Positions 6,392 through 14,339 of a DNA stretch of 29,588 nt are shown one piece after another (within the stretch, counting starts at the first letter, position 1; each line of letters starts with the position of its first letter). The notes under the pieces were generated by a model that saw only the letters and a list, made by a program, of their open reading frames with translations, did no database searches and had not been told where the DNA came from. The position numbers and the translations under genes are program-made. This DNA comes from a virus (lineage: Duplodnaviria > Caudoviricetes). Location of the stretch: IMG/VR virus record IMGVR_UViG_3300025751_000098, positions 1 through 29,588 of that record; one strand, written 5' to 3'.

Positions 6392-6801
6392 TTAACTTTT
6401 TGCTTAGTTTTACCATAGTAAGGATAAGCCAAGCCAGCAACCATTAACTCCTCGCCTAGATTATGACCATCGTAAATGATCTCGCAAATTTCTCTATGAT
6501 ACTTGCCATGCAAGCAGTCATGAGCGATTATTTCAGTTGCATTAGATAGCTTATCTTTAACAAACATTTTTGCTAATAAGGCTTTTCTTTTTTCGCATTT
6601 GTTTTTCGTCCTTATTTCTGGTGTGTCTATTCCATAGATTCTGATTGATCTTTTTTTGCAGAAATAGTCAATTCTGCAATCAAGATCAAGGGTTACTGTG
6701 TCGCCATCATAGTTGCGGATATATTTACCACCAAAGGAGGTCGCGTAACCCTCGCAGGATAAGACAATTAATAATAATATAATACTGAATATTTTAGTCA
6801 T
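6379..6801 (-). CDS. Exported thermonuclease (staphylococcal nuclease/SNase family)
   Basis: 'YDGDTV', 'IRIYGIDTPE', 'KYHR', 'LGEELMVAGLAYPY'; hydrophobic N-terminal signal ending 'IVLSC'. Confidence 0.88.
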   Translation of the reverse strand: MTKIFSIILLLIVLSCEGYATSFGGKYIRNYDGDTVTLDLDCRIDYFCKKRSIRIYGIDTPEIRTKNKCEKRKALLAKMFVKDKLSNATEIIAHDCLHGKYHREICEIIYDGHNLGEELMVAGLAYPYYGKTKQKVNWCE

Positions 6802-7358
6802 TAGAAATATCTATTGTAAACTACTCCAAGAGCATTTTTAAAGCCTAGCTCGTTGTTACGGTCGAACCAATAAAGACCATAATAATTCTTATCTCTAAAT
6901 AATCCAGCACCTAGCCCTTTAAGTAGTGCTGATTTTCTAGTAGTTACTCCGTTATATTTATCATAAACATTAGCATTTGATAGGATAAGTGATGATGACC
7001 ACCTGCCGAATCTTGACATAAAGGAATTTCCTAATGCACAAGTGTCATTTAGGGCTTTTCTTTCTATATGACCCTCTAAATATCTAATCTTAGTTGATTG
7101 CTGTAATATTCGGTTAGTAGTGCAACTTACAAAGCTATTGTCTTTAAACATAGTCAAACCTACATGACCGCCTTTCAAGTGGTCGCTTAGCCTTCCTATA
7201 TGCTCGTTCTTATTGATTTGAGTATTATCTGTGTTGTAATAGGTTATTGATTTACCTATAAAAGGTTTATATTCTGCACCATAAATCTTGTCAGATAAGG
7301 CTATTGCCGATATAAGTATTATAAATAAAAATATTCCATAAATTATATTAGCTTTCAT
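6801..7358 (-). CDS. Putative outer-membrane beta-barrel protein
   Basis: Signal peptide, alternating-hydrophobic strands ('GHVGLTMF', 'LGAGLF', 'YYGLYWF'), C-terminal aromatic beta-signal-like 'LGVVYNRYF'. Confidence 0.5.
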   Translation of the reverse strand: MKANIIYGIFLFIILISAIALSDKIYGAEYKPFIGKSITYYNTDNTQINKNEHIGRLSDHLKGGHVGLTMFKDNSFVSCTTNRILQQSTKIRYLEGHIERKALNDTCALGNSFMSRFGRWSSSLILSNANVYDKYNGVTTRKSALLKGLGAGLFRDKNYYGLYWFDRNNELGFKNALGVVYNRYF

Positions 7359-7599
7359 CGCACTTTTTTAAATAAAATTGCTCGTTGTGGTTTAAGTTTT
7401 CTATATCTAGAACCTTCAAGTTTTCCATCAGCTCTATTTTAGCTAATAAAGAATCTGGTAGTGGTTGGTAAATATCGCAAAAATTATTTACCTGAATTAG
7501 TGCTATCCTTTTTTGCTTTACGCAACTGCTTAACAATATCAGGAGCAGACTTCCCAGTAATAGATTTTTTAATATCATCGCTGATCTTTTTATTTTCAT
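7348..7599 (-). CDS. o-spanin (Rz1-like lipoprotein); real start probably Met at 7578
   Basis: Lipobox 'LLLILLSSC', second motif 'FCDIYQP', overlaps the 3' half of the i-spanin gene in another frame. Confidence 0.75.
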   Translation of the reverse strand: MKIKRSAMILKNLLLGSLLLILLSSCVKQKRIALIQVNNFCDIYQPLPDSLLAKIELMENLKVLDIENLNHNEQFYLKKCDES

Positions 7600-7744
7600 T
7601 ATGCTCTTTTATTTCGGTTTCTAAGATTATATTATTTTCCTCTATTCTATCTAAATAATTCTTTTTATTAGCAACTGACTTTCCTTTAAAGTAAACACTT
7701 ATTAAAGCAATAATACCACTAACTATTCCTAAAATGTATTTCAT
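7484..7744 (-). CDS. i-spanin (Rz-like)
   Basis: Single N-terminal TM helix followed by a charged coiled-coil; overlapped by the lipoprotein gene. Confidence 0.7.
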   Translation of the reverse strand: MKYILGIVSGIIALISVYFKGKSVANKKNYLDRIEENNIILETEIKEHNENKKISDDIKKSITGKSAPDIVKQLRKAKKDSTNSGK

Positions 7745-7983
7745 TTCCTAAATCCTATTTTTTCCAATACAGTTGACCCATGTAATCCGCCTAAAAATAA
7801 AAACATATTAAAAACAGAGTCATCTATTTTGGTAAAAACATTTTCAGGCAATATACCTTTTGAAAACAAAATGATATTTATTATATAAATTAATCCGCAC
7901 ATAAGATAACCAATAATAGGGATTATTCTTTTTGTTGATAAGCTGCCTAAATGATCTGAAAAAAATTCTTTTGTTTTACTCAT
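7741..7983 (-). CDS. Putative holin (two TM helices)
   Basis: 80 aa, 'G.LSTKR' then two hydrophobic segments and a basic C-tail; immediately upstream of the spanins. Confidence 0.6.
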   Translation of the reverse strand: MSKTKEFFSDHLGSLSTKRIIPIIGYLMCGLIYIINIILFSKGILPENVFTKIDDSVFNMFLFLGGLHGSTVLEKIGFRK

Positions 7984-7986
7984 AAT

Positions 7987-8238
7987 TTAAATTAGATTGC
8001 AATCATTTGTAAGTTTAGTAAGCTTACTGATAATGTCAAGAAAATATCCTTTCAATATAATTACTGATCCTATCCCTGTAATAATAGCATAGATTAAGGC
8101 ATAGATAATAGCGAATAGTTGTAGCGAGCATATCAAGCCCCTAAAAAATATTCTCCCTTGCCTTCTATGTCTATCAAAATAAGAAAACATAGGAACTACT
8201 AAAAACTCCTTAACTGTTTCTTTTAGGTCCTCTTTCAT
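7987..8238 (-). CDS. Small membrane protein
   Basis: Arg-rich patch followed by a long hydrophobic stretch; lies in the lysis cassette. Confidence 0.55.
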   Translation of the reverse strand: MKEDLKETVKEFLVVPMFSYFDRHRRQGRIFFRGLICSLQLFAIIYALIYAIITGIGSVIILKGYFLDIISKLTKLTNDCNLI

Positions 8239-8543
8239 TTCTTAGTAAAAGCCTCCAACATTTCATGTGTTCCTTTTAAGGAATGTACGCAGTCTTTCAT
8301 TTTTGACAGATCTTCTTTTATTTTGACCATATCTTTTTCAAAATCCTTATATCTTAAATCTGCTTGTTTTCCATTTTCAATCAAAACTTCTAACTTCTTA
8401 TTAAAAATTTCATTAATATAATTTTCATACCTCTTTTTTAAACTTAAAGTAAGTAAAACAATAGCTAATGTAAATAAAAATAGAAATATTAGGTGATCTG
8501 AATTATTTAAGATTTTTATTATGGTTCCTGCTTCGTTCATCAT
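8235..8543 (-). CDS. Single-TM coiled-coil membrane protein (holin/antiholin-like)
   Basis: TM 'LIFLFLFTLAIVLLTLSL' followed by a heptad-like charged tail; overlaps both neighbours by 4 nt. Confidence 0.55.
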   Translation of the reverse strand: MMNEAGTIIKILNNSDHLIFLFLFTLAIVLLTLSLKKRYENYINEIFNKKLEVLIENGKQADLRYKDFEKDMVKIKEDLSKMKDCVHSLKGTHEMLEAFTKK

Positions 8544-9154
8544 AGTAAATCTTTAATAAATTTCGCGGTCTTGCTAAGAATTTTATGTCCTTTTTGGTTT
8601 TCGCATTTCTGATTTTTCGGATCAGTATTAGAAAGAATATTAGCATAAATTATATTAGAATTTTCCTTAACAACGACCACACTTGCAGATCTAGGATTAA
8701 TATCTGTCCTTTTTAGTAGTTGGTTAATTAATGGTATATGTTCAATAGCTTTGATGCTAGGGTAATAAACAGGCTTTGTATCTTTGAAAGAATGGATAAA
8801 ATCAAGACTTAACTTATCGTCAATATCTATTGACTTAGACCAGTTTCTATTAAATGTTTTAGTCGGTGTAACTTTCCAACCTTTACCAACAATAGGCATC
8901 CAGCCATATTGCTCAATCATTGTAGCTTTTTTTGACCCTGTATTAGTTAAGTGGTCTTTAATGTCAAAGAGGCTTGAATAATAACCTACGCCACAATATT
9001 TAATATCCTCCTGCAAAACCTCTTGAATCTTTGCATTATTAACATTATGTACAGAAATAGACCTTCCTTTATCAAAATAATTCAAGGCAGCCATAGACCC
9101 AAAGATTATTGCACAAATTAATAATGATATATCTCTTATATTATTCCATGTCAT
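8540..9154 (-). CDS. Membrane-anchored protein with a large, probably periplasmic, domain
   Basis: One N-terminal TM, then about 175 aa soluble alpha/beta domain with two Cys (KYCG, QKCE). Confidence 0.6.
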   Translation of the reverse strand: MTWNNIRDISLLICAIIFGSMAALNYFDKGRSISVHNVNNAKIQEVLQEDIKYCGVGYYSSLFDIKDHLTNTGSKKATMIEQYGWMPIVGKGWKVTPTKTFNRNWSKSIDIDDKLSLDFIHSFKDTKPVYYPSIKAIEHIPLINQLLKRTDINPRSASVVVVKENSNIIYANILSNTDPKNQKCENQKGHKILSKTAKFIKDLL

Positions 9155-9728
9155 ATTTAATTACTTTACATTTAGGCAACCAATGAATAAAAGATTCATT
9201 TGGAGTAAATAATCTTGGCAAAGTTTTAAGCCTCATTATGTTATAAAAGCCCATATTAACATATTTAGAACAAAAAAATTCATCAGTAGTTGGCTCTTTG
9301 AACCATTTTTTTCTTAGCTTCTCTGGTAGCCAGTTTTCAAACCAAGATATAACAGCTTCTGTGATGCTATATTTTCTATTAAGGTGAAGCTGATAATCTT
9401 TTTTTAACCTCTCTGATTCGTCAGAAGAAAGGGGATTTTTCAATCTCAATATCATTACTTTAGTATCCCCGCTATTGACAGATAGTCTAAAATTTATAGG
9501 CGTTTTTATGGTACCCTTTTTAGAGCTGTCCCAATGGGCTTTTTTTAATGATTCATAGCTATATCCATCAACATAAACGCCCATATGCTCAAAGCTATAA
9601 TCTTTCTTACCAACTGTAATAGATTTTCTCCTGACAGCTTGAATTAAGAACCTTATAGGAAATTTCCATATGTTCTCGCTTGTCAATTTGGTTTGATAAT
9701 ATAGCTGATCTCCGTTTTGTAGTTTCAT
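9141..9728 (-). CDS. Permuted papain-like NlpC/P60 amidase (YiiX/YaeF-like)
   Basis: 'NGDQL', catalytic His 'FEHMGVY...YES' preceding catalytic Cys 'FFCSKYV', then 'FTPNE'. Confidence 0.75.
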   Translation of the reverse strand: MKLQNGDQLYYQTKLTSENIWKFPIRFLIQAVRRKSITVGKKDYSFEHMGVYVDGYSYESLKKAHWDSSKKGTIKTPINFRLSVNSGDTKVMILRLKNPLSSDESERLKKDYQLHLNRKYSITEAVISWFENWLPEKLRKKWFKEPTTDEFFCSKYVNMGFYNIMRLKTLPRLFTPNESFIHWLPKCKVIKYDME

Positions 9729-9730
9729 TA

Positions 9731-9967
9731 TTAGATTAATTTATTATATAATGTTTCTATATCTGCTTTATCACTATCAGAGGGTATAGTATCGTAACAA
9801 TCACAAAGCCTTAAATCCTGAATTATGGATATTAATTCATCCTTTTTTAATTTTAATTGTTCTTTATGACTATTTGGCAAATCTTGCTCGTACTCTTTTC
9901 TTGACTTTTTATATTTATATAATTTATTTTTAAATTCATTCTCTGAAATTACTTTTTGTATGCTCAT
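9731..9967 (-). CDS. Hypothetical protein
   Basis: 78-aa ORF tightly packed between the tail fibre and the amidase. Confidence 0.6.
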   Translation of the reverse strand: MSIQKVISENEFKNKLYKYKKSRKEYEQDLPNSHKEQLKLKKDELISIIQDLRLCDCYDTIPSDSDKADIETLYNKLI

Positions 9968-9971
9968 TTTT

Positions 9972-11798
9972 TTATTTATTAAGTTTATATTCTATACCAT
10001 ATTTATTAAATTCTTCCATTGCGATCTTGTCTTTTCGATCTGCAAATATGAGAATTCTATAAATCCCCTTACTATCCGTAATTACTTTTATTTTCTTATT
10101 TTCAACAACTTCACCCCACGCCCTGCCAAAATGCTTAAAGGAATTGCACCATACTAAGCTATCTTTATTAAGGAATTTATAATAATCAGGTAAGTCAAAA
10201 TAATTCTCTCCTTCTTCACATTCAAATTGATATTTGTATATATTGCCCCCTGCACTTGGTGTTTCTACAAAATAATGCCTCAATCTGTGAGTATCTTTTT
10301 TTTCTGGGTTTGGGTGGGGAATATCAAAAGAGCCGCTACCCTTAGAAAGTGAGCCGTTAATTGTAGCGTTTCCAGTTGCCAAAATGTTACCCGCAACCGT
10401 CAGTTTTTCCGTAGGTGTTATTGTCCCCACAGCGACATTGCCAAGCCGCCCTACTGACATTGCTGTATCGCCAATCGCCATCATCGGATTGCTAGCAAGT
10501 GCTCCGCCTATGTGCCATGTGTTTGCACCGTGCTTCCCCGATGAGCCCCGCCCTTCTAAGCGTATGTTTCTTTGTGCTCCGTTGCCCATCCTAAAGACAA
10601 AATCCACAAGAGTTACACTAAGACTAGTGGTCTCAAAGATTGCTCCATTCTCGTTATGACGGTTTCTTAAACTAAGGAATGTGCCGCCAAATTGGTCGCC
10701 AACCTGCCCTAGTGTTAGGTTTTTGTTGGAAGTGAATGTGGTGGATGTGCTGTTGCTTAGTGTTACTTGTGAGGCATCATCGCTAACGGTAAGTCCGCTA
10801 TTTTGAACATCACCGCCCGTGCCATTAAACCTGACAATGGCGTTATCTGTTGAAGATACTTTGGTGACAAGTTGAGATGCGTGAACACCATCAAGCGTGT
10901 CAGCGTTGATATTTAAAGCATCAATATCCGCCTTGGTCTGGTCAGCGGTTGCTCCTGCTTCTATGCCATCTAGTTTAGTTTCGTCCGCGTCTGTGAAAGC
11001 ATTTGTATTTGCGTTGCTTTCGTAAGCTGTTTTAATCTCCCCAGCAGTTTGATCAGCGGTTGCTCCTGTTTCTATTCCTGTTAATTTAGCCTTTTCAGCA
11101 TCGGTAAAAGCATTTGTATTTGCGTTGTTCTCATAAGCTGTTTTAATCTCTGCATCTGTTTGATCTCCAGTTGCACCTGCTTCTATTCCTGTTAATTTAG
11201 TCTTTTCATCATCGGTGAAAGCGTTAGTATTTGCGTTGCTTTCGTAAGCTGTTTTAATCTCACTATCAGTTTGATCAGCGGTAGCACCTGTTTCTATGCC
11301 GTCTAGTTTAGTTTCGTCTGTAACTGTAAAATGCTTGTTGGTCGCTCCTGCTGTTATATCGTCTAAGGTGTCAGATGATTTTTGGAATGAATCAATAATT
11401 CTTGAGTCATTACCCTCTGCGACTGTTCCAGAAGTAGATCCAAAGTCTTTATTAAAAGCTGTGTTTTTGGTAAATAAAGACTCTTTGCCATCTTGCAAGA
11501 CCTTACCTTGATTTGCTGATAAAGGTTTATTTGTATCTGTTGAGGTTAAATCATCTATAACATCAGTAGATTTTAACATATTAGTTAAATCACCTAACCT
11601 ATTCCAAACTGCACCATTACTAATATATTGACCAGCCCATTTTTTATTGATAAAGCGAATACCAGAATTTTTTTCTACTATATAAATCTCATTTGTACTA
11701 ATAGAAGCTAGGGGTAAATCTGCAAAAAACTCCACTCTCCCATTAATAAAATTTTCTGATCCGTTTCCTTGAAGTAATCCTTGTTTAAAAATGCCCAT
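9972..11798 (-). CDS. Tail fibre / receptor-binding protein 2
   Basis: 'DDLTSTDTNKPLSANQGKVL' fibre motif, 37-aa repeats, 'VGTITPTEKLTVAGNI' and C-terminal 'SKGSGSFDIPHP...RLRHYFVETP' domain typical of phage fibres. Confidence 0.8.
   Translation of the reverse strand: MGIFKQGLLQGNGSENFINGRVEFFADLPLASISTNEIYIVEKNSGIRFINKKWAGQYISNGAVWNRLGDLTNMLKSTDVIDDLTSTDTNKPLSANQGKVLQDGKESLFTKNTAFNKDFGSTSGTVAEGNDSRIIDSFQKSSDTLDDITAGATNKHFTVTDETKLDGIETGATADQTDSEIKTAYESNANTNAFTDDEKTKLTGIEAGATGDQTDAEIKTAYENNANTNAFTDAEKAKLTGIETGATADQTAGEIKTAYESNANTNAFTDADETKLDGIEAGATADQTKADIDALNINADTLDGVHASQLVTKVSSTDNAIVRFNGTGGDVQNSGLTVSDDASQVTLSNSTSTTFTSNKNLTLGQVGDQFGGTFLSLRNRHNENGAIFETTSLSVTLVDFVFRMGNGAQRNIRLEGRGSSGKHGANTWHIGGALASNPMMAIGDTAMSVGRLGNVAVGTITPTEKLTVAGNILATGNATINGSLSKGSGSFDIPHPNPEKKDTHRLRHYFVETPSAGGNIYKYQFECEEGENYFDLPDYYKFLNKDSLVWCNSFKHFGRAWGEVVENKKIKVITDSKGIYRILIFADRKDKIAMEEFNKYGIEYKLNK
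10935..11318 (-). repeat. About 3.5 x 111-nt (37-aa) repeat in the tail fibre shaft
   Basis: KL(D/T)GIE(T/A)GAT(A/G)DQT..EIKTAYE.NANTNAFTD repeated; TTTGCGTTG recurs at 111-nt spacing. Confidence 0.9.
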
Positions 11799-11800
11799 AT

Positions 11801-12091
11801 CTAATAATTTAATATATACCCATCATCTTTTTTTATATCTTCATTTACTTTAGAAAATACATCGTCTGGGTGATCAAGTTTTAATTCGACTGTAATCACA
11901 GCACCGCTCCAATCACTACAATAAGCCTTAGCTAGAATGAAAGAATTAATATCGTTGTAATTATCGTCAATAAAAAGGTTAATATCAGCCAGTGGAGTGC
12001 CAACAATGGTAAATCTAAATTCTTGACCTCGCCCAACTTTAGGTTTGTAAGTTTGTGTACCTGATTGTGCTTGAAATATTTTTGTAATCAT
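11801..12091 (-). CDS. Hypothetical tail-associated protein
   Basis: 96-aa beta-rich ORF between the two fibre modules. Confidence 0.55.
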   Translation of the reverse strand: MITKIFQAQSGTQTYKPKVGRGQEFRFTIVGTPLADINLFIDDNYNDINSFILAKAYCSDWSGAVITVELKLDHPDDVFSKVNEDIKKDDGYILNY

Positions 12092-12094
12092 TTT

Positions 12095-12691
12095 TTACCA
12101 ATTTATATTATTTACCTCTTCAATAGTGGTTGCATTGTTTACTGATTCTTTAAGCTTTCCGTATTTTAAGTAATTGCCCGAGTTTCTATTTGCGATATGA
12201 TTTTCAATAGTATCAGCTAAAGTACTATCTATTTTAACAACACCTTTTCTAAATATAATATTTCCCTCTCCATCTGTGTCTTGTATTTCGCAAGAGTAAG
12301 GAATATCTATATTCTTTGATCTTGCAAATTCTAATAGTTTAGCAGGGTTAGCGGCAGGATTATTTAATATTGGTTTGCAATCAAATATAAAAGTTACCAA
12401 GTTACCTTCGCCAGTTATATTTCCGTTATTGTCAATTATTAATTCTCTTCCGCCTGTTCTTGTATGATCGGCAATATTAGCGGCGTTTCTAGTAGCTTTT
12501 ATTTCTGCTATTTTAGCATCCTTAGCGTTTTGCAATATCTCCGCTTCTGTAAATTCAGGGTCTGGCGTGTTGCCTTCTGCTATCCAGTCTTGCACTTTGT
12601 CATAACCAGTTGCACCTACTTCTTTTGTAATAGTAGAAACCCCGTTAACTAAATAACTATTCTCTAATTCTTTTACTGTGTTTATAATCAT
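12095..12691 (-). CDS. Tail fibre assembly/chaperone-like protein (DUF4376-like)
   Basis: 'VQDWIAEGNTPDP', 'AKDAKIAEIKATRN' and C-terminal 'VNNATTIEEVNNINW'; directly follows fibre 1. Confidence 0.65.
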   Translation of the reverse strand: MIINTVKELENSYLVNGVSTITKEVGATGYDKVQDWIAEGNTPDPEFTEAEILQNAKDAKIAEIKATRNAANIADHTRTGGRELIIDNNGNITGEGNLVTFIFDCKPILNNPAANPAKLLEFARSKNIDIPYSCEIQDTDGEGNIIFRKGVVKIDSTLADTIENHIANRNSGNYLKYGKLKESVNNATTIEEVNNINW

Positions 12692-12701
12692 AATTTATTT
12701 A

Positions 12702-14339
12702 TTAAAGTTCTGAGTTCGCTATATATTGAAAAAATAAGCCATTTCGACTACCAGAGCTGTCAGTACTGACCGCAAATGAATTAAACCCACTATCTGATAC
12801 AATGCCAACTTGATTATTACCAACTCCAGAGTACCCTATCTTGCCTGGATTTCCAGCGGTATCATATAAAGTAATAATAGGTAAAGCCCTTTTAGGTGTT
12901 TGATATTTACTGTATATAGTCATTATGCCACTAGCGGGGTCCCCTACCCTTAAATATACTATACCCTCCGATACGGCAGAACCTGGATTAATTGTTAAAT
13001 CATAACTTTTTTCATAATATCTTTGGCATAACTCTATTTCCTGTTGAATATTCCTTTTTTCAAATTCAGTTGCTACACTTCCAGCTTCAACTTGAACGCC
13101 AGCGAGGCGGAATTGGTCACTAACACTAGCTACACCGTTAACTTGATTTGAGGTTGATAAAAAACTACCAGTTTGCCAAGCATTAGGGGTTGTATGAAAG
13201 TTCGAGCCTGCTGCAATTATAAATTCAACACTAATACCTGCTCCATTAGTGTAATTCCAAGTTCCTGTACTAGGCGAAGGTGCAACTGTAATAGTTTTAA
13301 ATTCCCAAGCATCAATTGAATTAACTGTATATTCTGCAACATAAGACCTATCAAAACCACTATTTCTTAAAGATATACAATAAGTGCCTGTCTTTGTGGC
13401 TTTTACCCAAAATGACAAGGTGAAAGTTTTTTGTGCTATTGCTTGAAAATTATAACCCTCTATTTTTTGAAACGTAAAACTATAATCACCAGCACCGATA
13501 GAAGGTTGAGCGGTCGTGCAATCAAATAAGACTGAATTAGGTATATATCGTCTAGCTTGAGCTCCTGTTGGAACATCTGAATCTTGAGTAACATCTTGAG
13601 CCATTGTTCCATTTTTTCCATAAGCCCATCTATCTAAAGTGTAATTAGGTGAAGCAGAAATAAAAGAAGTACCTCTTTGTGCAATTTCAAAGTCTCCGTT
13701 GATAATTAGGTTTTTATTAAAAACTGATGGAATACCTAAAGTTGTTCTTGCTTCGCTTGCATTATTATCATCTAGTAAAGTTTTAGCATAATCTGTGACT
13801 GTTGCTGCTCCTATATCAGCTAGATTTTTAGCATCTAAATTATCACCCGTACTATTGACCACTATTGCTTTATTTGCATTTGCAACACTAACAGGAATAT
13901 TTACCCCTGTTAAGTTGGAGCTTTCTGGTAATAAGATCGCCCTGTTTACTGCTTCATCTTGCTCTCTACTAATTAGAGTTAGTTTATCTACCGTTCCCTC
14001 GTGAGAATCAGCAGGGAATTTATCAGTTCCTATATTGATATAATCTGTTGATTGAGTTCTAGGAATTGAGCTTAAAAAGGTTATAGTTTGCGTTGTTGTT
14101 GGTGCTGTGGTAAATGTTACCGTGCCTAGTCCGTTTTCTCCTAATTGCACAGTATAATCTACCCCCTCTTGCTGTATAGTGTCAATATTGTTTTCTGAAA
14201 GAGTTACCTCTATTGTGTAATCTCTGTTTAAAACTTGGTTCGACTCCTCTAATACAATGAAAGTAAAATTATAAACGGTTGCTATTCCGTTTCCTGTGTA
14301 GCTGTTTCTAGTTTGTGATGTTGTTTCTGCTATAGTCAT
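12702..14339 (-). CDS. Tail fibre protein 1 (T7 gp17-like N-terminal anchor plus carbohydrate-binding-like domain)
   Basis: 'YTGNG...YNFTF', 'GVDYTV', 'DKLTLI' anchor motifs; 'NLIINGDFEIAQRG...DRW' and 'VQVEAGSVATEFE.R...ELCQRYY'. Confidence 0.85.
   Translation of the reverse strand: MTIAETTSQTRNSYTGNGIATVYNFTFIVLEESNQVLNRDYTIEVTLSENNIDTIQQEGVDYTVQLGENGLGTVTFTTAPTTTQTITFLSSIPRTQSTDYINIGTDKFPADSHEGTVDKLTLISREQDEAVNRAILLPESSNLTGVNIPVSVANANKAIVVNSTGDNLDAKNLADIGAATVTDYAKTLLDDNNASEARTTLGIPSVFNKNLIINGDFEIAQRGTSFISASPNYTLDRWAYGKNGTMAQDVTQDSDVPTGAQARRYIPNSVLFDCTTAQPSIGAGDYSFTFQKIEGYNFQAIAQKTFTLSFWVKATKTGTYCISLRNSGFDRSYVAEYTVNSIDAWEFKTITVAPSPSTGTWNYTNGAGISVEFIIAAGSNFHTTPNAWQTGSFLSTSNQVNGVASVSDQFRLAGVQVEAGSVATEFEKRNIQQEIELCQRYYEKSYDLTINPGSAVSEGIVYLRVGDPASGIMTIYSKYQTPKRALPIITLYDTAGNPGKIGYSGVGNNQVGIVSDSGFNSFAVSTDSSGSRNGLFFQYIANSEL

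Noticed and set aside
9972-14339. Classical BPP-1-type DGR acting on the tail fibre (suggested by the BPP-1-like head module)
   Set aside because: No reverse transcriptase or Avd, and no TR/VR pair spotted for either fibre C-terminus within the window; cannot be excluded outside it.
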